The notes: a model not told the origin generated them from the letters alone. A DNA stretch of 19,582 nt from Candidatus Hadarchaeales archaeon (GCA_038851755.1 JAWCKR010000022.1:1-19582); one strand, 5' to 3'. Positions 1-7,679 are shown, counted from the stretch's first letter. Translations and numbers: made by a program.

Positions 1-1
1 G

Positions 2-1051
2 GCCATCCTCACCCTCGGGACCGACGGGAAGCCGTACCAGGAGCTCCGGGAGGAGGACCTGCTGGCCTGGGCCCGCTCCCACTCCCACCTAAAGCCCTCC
101 TCGCTCTTCAGCTACTGGAACAGGCTCAAGACCTTCCTTCGATGGGTGCACGGGTGCAGGAGCTCCAGGGACCCCAGCCCCCCCTTCCTGAGCAGGGTGA
201 AGGTGGGGAGGGGGCAGAGGGAGCTCCCGAGGGACATCCTCTCCCCCGAGGAGGTCCAGAGGCTCCTGGCAGCCTGCAATTCCATCAGGAACCGGGCCCT
301 GGTCCACGTGTGCTATGAGGGCGGTCTCAGGGCGGGGGAGGTCCTGGGGCTCAGGGTCGGGGACGTGCAGCTCGACCGCCTCGGGGCCGTGGTCATCGTG
401 AAGGGGAAGACCGGGACCAGGAGGGTGCGCCTCATCGAGTCGGTCCCCGACCTCCAGAGGTGGCTGGCCGTCCACCCGGGGAGGGGGGACCCGAACGCCC
501 CCCTCTGGCCCTGCCCCGGAGGGAAAAGCCTCGGCTACGATACCTTCGCCTGGATCCTCAGGAGGCTGGCCACCAAGGCGGGGATCGGGAAGAGGGTCCA
601 CCCCCACCTCCTCAGGCACACCAGGGCCACCCACCTGGCGAAGAACCTCACCGAGGACCAGATGAGGGTGTATTTCGGCTGGACCAGGGGGTCGAACGTT
701 CCCGCCAGGTACGTGCACCTCTCGGGGAGGGACGTGGACGGGGCCCTGGCCAGCCTCTACGGCCTGGGCCGGGAGGACGGGAGGAGGGCCTGCCCGAGGT
801 GCGGCTTCCTCACCCCCGAGGGCTCCCTCTACTGCCCCAGGTGCTCCTTCGTCCTCTCGGAGGCCGAGGCCCTGAGGGCGGAGAGGCTCAGGGAGAGGGA
901 GGAGGAGATCCTGGAGAAGGTGGTGAGGAAGCTCATCGAGAGGCACCCCGACCTCTTCGAGGGGGTCCTGAGGGAGGTGGTGAGGGAGGAGGAGCAGGAA
1001 AGGTCCTCGGAAGTTGAGCACATCGCCCACCTGGACGAGGAGATCGCTTGA
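2..1051 (+). CDS. Tyrosine recombinase/integrase (XerC/D-like) with C-terminal Zn-ribbon; 5' end lies outside the window
   Basis: The frame is open from base 2 (AILTLGTDGK...YWNRLKTFLRWVHG), so 146 is not the true start. Catalytic motifs: GLRAGE (R), VKGKTG (K), HPHLLRH (HxxR), FGW (H/W), ARY (Y). C-terminal CPRC-x10-CPRC. Confidence 0.92.
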   Translation, partial: AILTLGTDGKPYQELREEDLLAWARSHSHLKPSSLFSYWNRLKTFLRWVHGCRSSRDPSPPFLSRVKVGRGQRELPRDILSPEEVQRLLAACNSIRNRALVHVCYEGGLRAGEVLGLRVGDVQLDRLGAVVIVKGKTGTRRVRLIESVPDLQRWLAVHPGRGDPNAPLWPCPGGKSLGYDTFAWILRRLATKAGIGKRVHPHLLRHTRATHLAKNLTEDQMRVYFGWTRGSNVPARYVHLSGRDVDGALASLYGLGREDGRRACPRCGFLTPEGSLYCPRCSFVLSEAEALRAERLREREEEILEKVVRKLIERHPDLFEGVLREVVREEEQERSSEVEHIAHLDEEIA

Positions 1052-1743
1052 GGGGAAAGGTGGCCTTCACCGTGGACCTGGAGGAGGATGCGCCCCCCTT
1101 CCTGCGCACCTGGAGGGGGATGGAGGAAGGTCTTCCCGCCCTGCTGGAGGTGCTGGAGGAAGCGGGGGTGAGGGCCACCTTCTTCTCCACCGCCGAGGCC
1201 GCTGGGAGGCTTCCTAAGGGGTTGAGGGGGCACGAGGTAGGCTGTCACGGTTTGCGCCACGAGAGACTGGACCACCTCCCTCCTGGTGAGCGGAGGAGGA
1301 GGGTGAGGGAGGCCACGGAGAGGATGAGGAGACTGGGATGGAGGCCCAGGGGCTTCAGGGCCCCCAACTTCAGGCCCACCACCGAGGTCCTGGAGGAGGT
1401 GAGAAAGCTGGGGTACTCCTACGACTCTTCCCTCGCCGCCTACAAGTTCTACGGGGGTCTCAGGCTTCCAGACCTCCCGGAGTTCCCCAACACCCTTCCC
1501 TCCAGCGCTCTCCGCCTCCCCCTACCCCTCTCCAGGAGGATGGTGGGATGGTGTGTGCGCCACCTTCCCCTCACCGTGCTGGACTACCACCCCTGGGAGG
1601 CCGTGAGGATGGAGGGGGTGAGGTGGGACCTGAGGTTCTCCACGGGAGAAACCTCCCTCCGCAGGTTGAGGGAGCTGCTGAGCTGGCTGAAGGGTGAAGG
1701 AGTAGAGTTCGTGACCCTCGCGGAGATGCTCCCTTCTTTATAG
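1048..1743 (+). CDS. Polysaccharide deacetylase (CE4/NodB-homology family)
   Basis: Motifs TVDLEED, ATFF, HEVGCHG-x2-H, GFRAP, YSYDSS, YHPWE. The TTG start overlaps the integrase TGA (TTGA) and has GAGGAG upstream. Confidence 0.88.
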   Translation: MRGKVAFTVDLEEDAPPFLRTWRGMEEGLPALLEVLEEAGVRATFFSTAEAAGRLPKGLRGHEVGCHGLRHERLDHLPPGERRRRVREATERMRRLGWRPRGFRAPNFRPTTEVLEEVRKLGYSYDSSLAAYKFYGGLRLPDLPEFPNTLPSSALRLPLPLSRRMVGWCVRHLPLTVLDYHPWEAVRMEGVRWDLRFSTGETSLRRLRELLSWLKGEGVEFVTLAEMLPSL

Positions 1744-1764
1744 AGGAGGGAGAACTCTGAAAGG

Positions 1765-2160
1765 ATGGTGACCCCCAAGAGCAGAGGGACCAGGTGGGAG
1801 TACAGGGTGGCCCACAGGTTCGAGCGCTGGGGCTACGAGTGGAGGAGGTCCGGGAGCTCCCTGGGGGTCTACGACCTGCTCATCACGAAGGGGGGAAGGC
1901 CGCAGTTCCTGGTCTCCTGCAAGAAGACCATGGGTGACCGCCTCTACATTCCCCTGGAGGAGGTGGAGGAGCTGAGGAGGGAGGCGAGGGGGATGGGGGC
2001 CAGGCCCCTCGTGTGCTTCGGCTTCCGCAGGACCTCCCCCCTGGTGTGCGAGCTGGGGAGGCTCAGGAGGAGCGGGGGGGAGAGCTACAGGCTGGAGCGC
2101 GGGGACGGGGAGCCTCTGGACGAGTGGCTGGGGAGGAGGGAAAGGTGCAGGAAGGCCTGA
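1765..2160 (+). CDS. hjc: Hjc-like Holliday junction resolvase (PD-(D/E)xK nuclease)
   Basis: 131 aa with RG-x3-E, GY-x2-RRSGSS, YDLL and ..SCKKT, followed by LYIPLEEVEEL...GARP. This follows the archaeal Hjc pattern, but the ExK motif reads SCK. Confidence 0.7.
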   Translation: MVTPKSRGTRWEYRVAHRFERWGYEWRRSGSSLGVYDLLITKGGRPQFLVSCKKTMGDRLYIPLEEVEELRREARGMGARPLVCFGFRRTSPLVCELGRLRRSGGESYRLERGDGEPLDEWLGRRERCRKA

Positions 2161-3785
2161 AGGAGTTCTTCGAGCACCCCCTGCTCAGGCCGAGGACCCT
2201 GTGGTACAGGAGGTACCAGGAGGAGATCATGGGTGAGGCGGTGAGGAGGAACACCATGGTGATCCTCCCCACCGCCCTGGGCAAGACGGTGATCTCCATC
2301 CTGGTGGCGGTCCAGCTCCTCCACAGGTACCGGAAGGGCAAGGTGCTGGTCATGGCCCCCACCCGTCCCCTGGTGGTCCAGCACGCCAGGAACTTCGTTT
2401 CCTCCGTGCGCCTCCTCCCCTCCGAGCCCAGGGTCCTCACGGGGAGGGTGGACCCGGGGAGGAGGGAAAGGGCCTGGAGGGAAGGGAGGGTCTTCTTCGC
2501 CACCCCAGAGGTGGTGAGGAACGACCTGGAGGAGGGGAGGCTGGGCCTGGGGGAGTTCGTGCTCCTGGTCTTCGACGAGTGCCACAGGGCGGTGAAGGAG
2601 TACGCCTACACCCTGGTGGCCCAGCGCTACCTGCAGGAGTGCCCCTACCCCCTGGTGCTTGGGCTCACCGCCTCCCCTGGATCCTCCCCGGAGAGGATAG
2701 AGGCCATCTGCAGGGCGCTGGGGATAGAGCACGTGGAGTACCGCACCGAGCTCGATGAGGACGTGAGCCCCTATGTTCATCCCGTGGAGGTGACCTGGCA
2801 AAAGGTCCCCCTCCCCCCGGAGTACTCCTCCCTCTCCTCCCTCCTGAGGGAGATGGCGGGGGAGAAGGTGAGGTGGCTGTGGGAGCACGGTTACCTGAGG
2901 GTCCCCCCCAGCAGGGTGACCAGGAAGATCCTGCTCGGGGTGGGGGAGGAACTGAGGAGGAGGCTGGCGGCGGCCAGGGAGAAGGGGCCCCTCTTCACAG
3001 CCCTGAGGTGCCAGTCCCTCTCCCTCACCCTTTCCCACGCCCTGGAGCTGCTGGAATCCCAGGGCCCCTCCGCCCTGCGTTCCTTCCTGGAGAGGGTGGA
3101 GGGGAAGAGCGGGGAGAGGAGGACCTACTCCCTCCTCCTCAGGGACCCGAGGTACGCCAGGCTGAAGGAGCTGCTGGCCTCCCTTCCCGAGCATCCCAAG
3201 ATGGAGAGGCTGCTGGCGGAGGTGAGAACCCAGCTGGAGTCCTCCCGGGAGTCCAGGGTGCTGGTCTTCGCCCAGTACAGGGACACGGCCTCCAGGCTGG
3301 TGGAGCACCTCTCCCGAGGCCTGCCGGGGGTGAGGGTGGAGAGGTTCGTGGGGCAGTCCAGCAGGGCCAGGGACCTGGGGTTGAAGCAGAGGGAGCAGCT
3401 GGAGGTGCTGGACAGGTTCAGGAGGGGGGAGACCAGGGTCCTGGTGGGCACCTCCATAGCGGAGGAGGGTCTGGACATCCCCTCCGTGGACCTGGTGGTC
3501 TTCTACGAGCCCGTCCCCTCCGAGATAAGGTACATCCAGCGCAAGGGGAGGACGGGGCGCTTCTCCTTCGGGAGGGTGGTCATCCTCCTCTCCGAGTCCA
3601 GGTTTGACCTGGCCTCCCACTTCTCCTCCCGCAGGAAGGTCAAGCGCATGCAGTCCCTCGTGAGGGAGGTGGAGCGCAGGCTCCAGCCCATCCTCCGCCT
3701 CTCCGTCCCCACGCCCGATCCCATGACGGAGGAGGAACTCTCGGATCCCCTCAGGGACGCGCCCTTCCAGGTGGAGGAGGGCTAG
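2145..3785 (+). CDS. Hef/FANCM (Mph1)-type SF2 DEAH-box helicase lacking the C-terminal ERCC4 nuclease
   Basis: Motifs RRYQ, LPTALGKT, APTRPLVVQH, DECHRA..YAY, GLTASPG, HPKM, FVGQ, EEGLDIP, QRKGRTGR. Start placed at GTG 2145 after a GGAGG SD; the ORF-track extension from 2013 overlaps hjc. Confidence 0.9.
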   Translation: MQEGLKEFFEHPLLRPRTLWYRRYQEEIMGEAVRRNTMVILPTALGKTVISILVAVQLLHRYRKGKVLVMAPTRPLVVQHARNFVSSVRLLPSEPRVLTGRVDPGRRERAWREGRVFFATPEVVRNDLEEGRLGLGEFVLLVFDECHRAVKEYAYTLVAQRYLQECPYPLVLGLTASPGSSPERIEAICRALGIEHVEYRTELDEDVSPYVHPVEVTWQKVPLPPEYSSLSSLLREMAGEKVRWLWEHGYLRVPPSRVTRKILLGVGEELRRRLAAAREKGPLFTALRCQSLSLTLSHALELLESQGPSALRSFLERVEGKSGERRTYSLLLRDPRYARLKELLASLPEHPKMERLLAEVRTQLESSRESRVLVFAQYRDTASRLVEHLSRGLPGVRVERFVGQSSRARDLGLKQREQLEVLDRFRRGETRVLVGTSIAEEGLDIPSVDLVVFYEPVPSEIRYIQRKGRTGRFSFGRVVILLSESRFDLASHFSSRRKVKRMQSLVREVERRLQPILRLSVPTPDPMTEEELSDPLRDAPFQVEEG

Positions 3786-4459
3786 CCCCTCCTGGCCCCC
3801 CTCACCACGTCTTCCGCCGCGGCCCTCCAGTCTTTAGCCTTCACCACGCTGGAGGCCAGGAGCACCCCCTCCGCCCCCAGCTCCAGCGCCATCCTCACAT
3901 CCTCCCCGGTGGAGATGCCCGCCCCGCACAGGACCCTCACGCTCGGGTCCACCCCCTTCACCAGCTTCACGGCCTCGCTCACCACCTCCGGCCTCACCTT
4001 GGAGACGGCCCTCCCCGTCCCTATCAGCTCGGGGGGCTCCACGGCCACGAAGTCGGGACGGAAGGAGGCCACCTTCCTGCAGAGTTCGGGGTCAGCCGCG
4101 CACACCACGCTCACCAGACCCAGCTCCCTCAGCCTCTTCACGCAGGCCTCTATCCCCTCCACCTCCAGGGGATGCTCGGAGTGGTTGATCAGGGAGCCCA
4201 CCGCCCCCGTCTCCTTCACCGCCTCCGGGAGGACCCAGCCCGTGTGGGCACCGGGGGTGAGGGGGTCCACGTGCTGGGCCAGGACGGGAAGTCCCACCTC
4301 CGCCACGCTCCTGAGGTCGGGGGCCTGAGGTGCCACGGCCACGCACACTTCCTCGCGCTGGGCGGCGGAGGAGAGGACCCTGGAGAGCTCCACGGCCTTC
4401 CTCCCCGTGGCCTCCGCGTAGGCCTTGAAGTTCACGATGACCAGCGGGGTCCTCAGCAT
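3782..4459 (-). CDS. tpiA: Triosephosphate isomerase, archaeal type (225 aa)
   Basis: Motifs VNFKAY, AQHVD, GAHTG, LINHSE, AVEPPELIGTG, LCGAGI, GVLLAS. ATG at 4459 gives the typical archaeal length. Confidence 0.96.
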   Translation of the reverse strand: MLRTPLVIVNFKAYAEATGRKAVELSRVLSSAAQREEVCVAVAPQAPDLRSVAEVGLPVLAQHVDPLTPGAHTGWVLPEAVKETGAVGSLINHSEHPLEVEGIEACVKRLRELGLVSVVCAADPELCRKVASFRPDFVAVEPPELIGTGRAVSKVRPEVVSEAVKLVKGVDPSVRVLCGAGISTGEDVRMALELGAEGVLLASSVVKAKDWRAAAEDVVRGARRG

Positions 4460-4491
4460 CACTCCCTTACTTTTCCCGGTTAAAAAACGGT

Positions 4492-5577
4492 TCAGAGGTC
4501 GCTGCGCAGGAACTTCCCGAGCACCTCGGCCCTGGGGGAGAGCCTGTAGAGCTTGATGTTCTTCCCGCTGTAGACGGTCTCTATCACCCCCTTCTGCAGG
4601 AGGTGCTCCAGGTGGCGGGTGAGGTTCTTGGGGGCGATGTTGATCTTCCTGGCGATCTCCCTGATGGAGGCCACCTCCTTCCTGGCCAGGAACTTCAGGG
4701 CCCGGAACTTCAGTTCCTCCCCGAAGATCTCCTTCACCGTGGCGAAGAGCTCCTCCCTCACCTGAGGGGTTTCGGGGGGTTTGTTGCCCACCTCGGAGAG
4801 GGAGCCGGGGGTGGAGACGAAGCAGCAGCTCTTGTCCCCCTTGGCTATGCACTTCGTCTCCTCCATGATCATCTCCTTACCCAGCAGACCGGAGATCAGG
4901 CCGGAGAGGTAGCCCCTGAAGAACTGGCTCTTGCTCTCCTTTCCCTTCCCCTTGAAGGGGAGGCACTCGAAGAGGTCCTGCATCTCCACCTCCACCGTTT
5001 CACCGTTGAACTTCTTGATGGTGGGGAAGCCCCAGCCCTTCGCTATCCTTTCCGTGAGCACCAGGTCCAGGGCCTGTGCCCCGCTCAGCCCGAGCTGGGA
5101 GACCTTCCTGGCCTTCCTCAGCCCCGCCTTCACCCCCATCCTGAAGAAGGAGAGCTTGTTGTTCTCCACCTGGTTGAAGTTCTGCAGGAGGTCCCCGAAG
5201 GTCTCCACCCTGAGGGTGATGGCCCTCTCCTCCATCACCATCAGGGGGAAGTGCAGCTTGTCCACCAGCAGCCCCTCGGAGGTCCCGGGCTGGGAAAAGA
5301 CCTCCTTCACCCCCTCCACCTTCGCCAGTTCCTTCTCGAACTCCTCAGGCGTGATCTCCGAGTGGGTGAGGTCGGCGAAGAAGGAGAAGTGCCTGAGGGG
5401 GGATCGGGGTTCGGTGGTGAGGTTTCCGGCCACGATCTCCACTCCCTTCTCCTTGGCCCTCCAGGTGATCTCGGCGAGGGTGCTCACGAGGTCTTCGGTT
5501 AAAACTAGGTATTCGACGACCTTCCTGCCGGGCAGATATGCCCCCATGGGCAGATACTTGGGACCCCCCACCTTCAT
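4492..5577 (-). CDS. ACT-like + V4R + C-terminal ArsR-type wHTH regulator
   Basis: N-terminal ACT-like segment ending EKELAKVEGVKEV. V4R signature GWG...FEC...FFRGYLSG...EETKCIAKGDKSCCF. C-terminal HTH SIREIARKINIAPKNLTRHLEHL..KGVI...YRL. The start could alternatively be ATG 5547. Confidence 0.82.
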   Translation of the reverse strand: MKVGGPKYLPMGAYLPGRKVVEYLVLTEDLVSTLAEITWRAKEKGVEIVAGNLTTEPRSPLRHFSFFADLTHSEITPEEFEKELAKVEGVKEVFSQPGTSEGLLVDKLHFPLMVMEERAITLRVETFGDLLQNFNQVENNKLSFFRMGVKAGLRKARKVSQLGLSGAQALDLVLTERIAKGWGFPTIKKFNGETVEVEMQDLFECLPFKGKGKESKSQFFRGYLSGLISGLLGKEMIMEETKCIAKGDKSCCFVSTPGSLSEVGNKPPETPQVREELFATVKEIFGEELKFRALKFLARKEVASIREIARKINIAPKNLTRHLEHLLQKGVIETVYSGKNIKLYRLSPRAEVLGKFLRSDL

Positions 5578-5610
5578 CCCCCGACCCCACTTGATTATTT
5601 TTCGTCCCTC

Positions 5611-5618
5611 TATTTAAA
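5611..5618 (-). promoter_or_regulatory. Putative TATA box (TTTAAATA on minus strand) for the V4R regulator
   Basis: AT-rich consensus archaeal TATA about 34 nt upstream of ATG 5577, in an otherwise GC-rich context. Confidence 0.55.
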
Positions 5619-5783
5619 CAATTTGGTATTACACAAAAACGCGAAGAGGAGCAGGGAGGACGCTGGGAGAGGGCAGGGAACGAAAAAGGAATGATGTTTC
5701 GAAAAAGGGTCACCGTGTTACGGTGTGGGGGAAGAGGACTACGGGGAATTTTTAGGGTGAAGGTGTGAGCACAACCAAAGCGC

Positions 5784-6053
5784 ATGAGGGGGAGAAGGAA
5801 CAGACTGGAGATCATCGGGGAGATCCTGGAGCTGGCTTGCCTGGGGGAGATGACGAAGACGGGAATAGCCTACAGGACCAACCTGGGCTTCGGGCTGGCC
5901 CAGAAGTACATCGACGAGCTGGTGGGGAGGGGACTGCTGGAGATGAAGCCCAACGGTGTGGACGGGGAGAGCCCGCGAAGGGTCTACCACACCACGGAGG
6001 AAGGAATGAAGGTGCTGCGGAAGCTCAGGGAGCTCAGGAAGATGTTCTGCTGA
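5784..6053 (+). CDS. Small archaeal winged-helix regulator (HTH_45/COG3432-like)
   Basis: RRNRLEIIGEIL...TKTGIAYRTNL...KYIDELVGRGLL...YHTTEEG. GGTG SD-like sequence upstream. Confidence 0.85.
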   Translation: MRGRRNRLEIIGEILELACLGEMTKTGIAYRTNLGFGLAQKYIDELVGRGLLEMKPNGVDGESPRRVYHTTEEGMKVLRKLRELRKMFC

Positions 6054-6309
6054 GCTCCTCCTGAGACGCCAGCATCCTCTTTCCGAACTCCGTCAACCTG
6101 TACTCCCTCTCCACGAAACCCGTCTCCTCCAGCAGCTTCAGCACAGCCTTTATGCTCTCCCTGGAGGCCTTCGTGAGCTCCGCCAGCTCCGTGAGGGAGT
6201 GGGAGGTCCCGTCGCCCAGGATCCCGAGGATCTCCTCCGCGAGTTCTTCACCCCATTTTCCTCCCAGCCTCCTCTTGATTTCCTCGAAGGAGTCCTCGAG
6301 CCCAGTCAC
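6034..6309 (-). CDS. Small winged-helix DNA-binding protein
   Basis: EILGILGDG..HSLTELAELT..SRESIKAVLKLLEETGFV...YRLTEFG. GTG start about 24 nt downstream of a minus-strand TTTAAG (6333-6338), so probably leaderless. Confidence 0.72.
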   Translation of the reverse strand: MTGLEDSFEEIKRRLGGKWGEELAEEILGILGDGTSHSLTELAELTKASRESIKAVLKLLEETGFVEREYRLTEFGKRMLASQEELSRTSS

Positions 6310-6342
6310 GGGGAAGCTGGGGGAAGGGAGGACTTAAAGGAG

Positions 6343-6398
6343 GACTGAACTGAGCGCCAGAAAAGGGCGCCAGAACTATTTTCAGTGGACGCCTTTAT
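6343..6398 (+). promoter_or_regulatory. Repeated operator/promoter block, copy 1
   Basis: 6343-6388 matches 11140-11185 at 45/46 nt. Contains GCGCCAGAA twice, terminal inverted ACTGAA/TTCAGT, then CGC-CTTTAT (TATA-like). Confidence 0.7.
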
Positions 6399-6420
6399 CC
6401 CGGGGCTCTGGTCTTCCCTC

Positions 6421-6530
6421 GGTATGGCCGGGAAAACCGGAGAGGCCCGGGGGACTAAAGGGGAGCCCCCGTTAAAGGGAGGTCCCTTCTGGGACCGACC
6501 GATGATAGCCCCGCAAAGGAGGGAAGAAAC
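6421..6530 (+). ncRNA. Candidate structured cis-regulatory 5' leader (riboswitch-like), copy 1
   Basis: 6443-6512 is identical to 11242-11311. Contains the hairpin GGTCCC-TTCT-GGGACC and long-range GGGG/CCCC pairing, and ends just before the SD GGAGG. Confidence 0.5.
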
Positions 6531-7559
6531 ATGAAAGCGAACAGGAAGCTGGCAGCAGCCTTGTCCCTGGCAATGATAATGGCGACCCTGGGAACGATGG
6601 CGCCGGCAGTCGCAGGGGAAGGAAACAACGGATCCAAAACAATCACTACCAGCGTCACAATACCCCCGGGAGGAGGCAACCCTCCCATCGTGAAGTGCAA
6701 GTGGGAGCAGGACCTCACCACGGACCTGGAGGACGGTGACCCCTCGCACCTCACCCCCGGAGGCCAGTTCCTCCCGCCCTGCGTGTACCAGGGTAAGAAG
6801 ACCATCCAGTACTGGGCGGTGGTGACGGACCCGGAGGGTACGGCCACCGTGGAGGGGGTCTACGTGGACGTCTACCACCCCGACAGGAGCTTCAAGTACG
6901 AGGTGATCCTGACCAAGGTGAACAAGGAGTGCGGCATAGCGGCCTTCCAGGCCGCCTACCAGGCCGGTCTGATCACCTTCGCCGATGGCCACGACTACGA
7001 GGAGGTCCTGGACGAGCTCCAGGAGTGCCTGGCCGACGTCTGGATGGGGGTGGCGGACCTGGACTACCACCAGATGGCCGGAGACTACAGAGTGGAGGCC
7101 TACGCCTTTGACCACAGCAACAACCTCTCTGTCCCGCTGGTCAACACGTTCCTGTACGTGCCCTGTGCCTGCTGCGAGTTCGACTTCACCTCGGTCGACT
7201 ACGGCAGCGTGGACGTGTGCACGTTCAAGTGGATAGGTGGGGACAACGTCTTCGGTACCTACGACAAGCCCACCGTCAGGAACATCGGGAACGTGCCCTG
7301 CCAGATCGTGGTGGAGCAGGACGACATGGGCATGGGCCAGGACTACAACGGCAACTGGAACGTGGAGTTCGGGGCCAGGCTGGGCTGGAACGGTGCGTCC
7401 GTGATCTACGACCCATACGATGAGGTCGTGCTGCCTGACGTGCTGCCCAACTGCAACACCCAGAAGCTCGACTTCGGCATCCACGTGAAGAAGGTCCTGC
7501 CCCCCGAGTCTTACGTCGGGACGATGTGGCTCAGCTGCCAGCCGGCGCAGGCGCCCTAG
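6531..7559 (+). CDS. Secreted Cys-rich beta-sandwich protein; putative fibre/surface subunit
   Basis: Sec signal peptide MKANRKLAAALSLAMIMATLGTMAPAVA, strong SD, strongly GC3-biased codons, 11 Cys, acidic composition, Ig-like VRNIGNVP and a terminal YVGTMWL strand. No membrane anchor. Confidence 0.7.
   Translation: MKANRKLAAALSLAMIMATLGTMAPAVAGEGNNGSKTITTSVTIPPGGGNPPIVKCKWEQDLTTDLEDGDPSHLTPGGQFLPPCVYQGKKTIQYWAVVTDPEGTATVEGVYVDVYHPDRSFKYEVILTKVNKECGIAAFQAAYQAGLITFADGHDYEEVLDELQECLADVWMGVADLDYHQMAGDYRVEAYAFDHSNNLSVPLVNTFLYVPCACCEFDFTSVDYGSVDVCTFKWIGGDNVFGTYDKPTVRNIGNVPCQIVVEQDDMGMGQDYNGNWNVEFGARLGWNGASVIYDPYDEVVLPDVLPNCNTQKLDFGIHVKKVLPPESYVGTMWLSCQPAQAP
6668..7531 (+). repeat. 864-bp direct repeat, copy 1
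   Basis: Aligned by eye to 8982-9845 (offset 2314). Only two differences seen: 7330G/9644A and 7396C/9710T. Confidence 0.95.
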
Positions 7560-7587
7560 GCAGAGGGACCAAACATGCAACCGAACA

Positions 7588-7639
7588 CCCAATCCGTACA
7601 CCCGCGCGGGCGTATGGGTTGGGGTACCTTTTTATTTTT
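7588..7639 (+). terminator. Long hairpin plus T-tract terminator/attenuator after the subunit gene
   Basis: CCCAATCCGTACACCCG-CG-CGGGCGTATGGGTTGGG stem with G-U pairs, followed by TTTTTATTTTT. Confidence 0.7.
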
Positions 7640-7679
7640 GCGGTCAAGTGGAAAGATCATCGACGAGAGAACAGTCAGG

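Noticed and set aside
4460-4852. N-terminal extension of TPI in the ORF track
   Set aside because: It overlaps the V4R gene in another frame. TPI homology starts at ATG 4459, preceded by a TATA-like TTTTTTAA.
89-5502. Long antisense or alternate-frame ORFs (89-1030, 2085-3620, 4603-5502 and similar)
   Set aside because: Shadow ORFs of high-GC3 genes. They have low-complexity Pro/Gly/Leu/His composition and overlap well-supported genes.
6343-6512. Repeated intergenic block as a CRISPR array, tRNA or MITE
   Set aside because: No regularly spaced repeat-spacer units, no cloverleaf or T-loop, and no target-site duplication. Copies occur only in promoter position and orientation.
6443-6512. Firm call as a fluoride, c-di-AMP or c-di-GMP-I riboswitch
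   Set aside because: Each resemblance is partial. The fluoride 5' GAUG, the ydaO UNAAU and CAGCUAA, and the GEMM GCAAA elements are missing, so it is reported only as a candidate.
7575-7679. ORF-track start at 7575
   Set aside because: It runs through the hairpin and T-tract. The signal peptide begins near ATG 7680.
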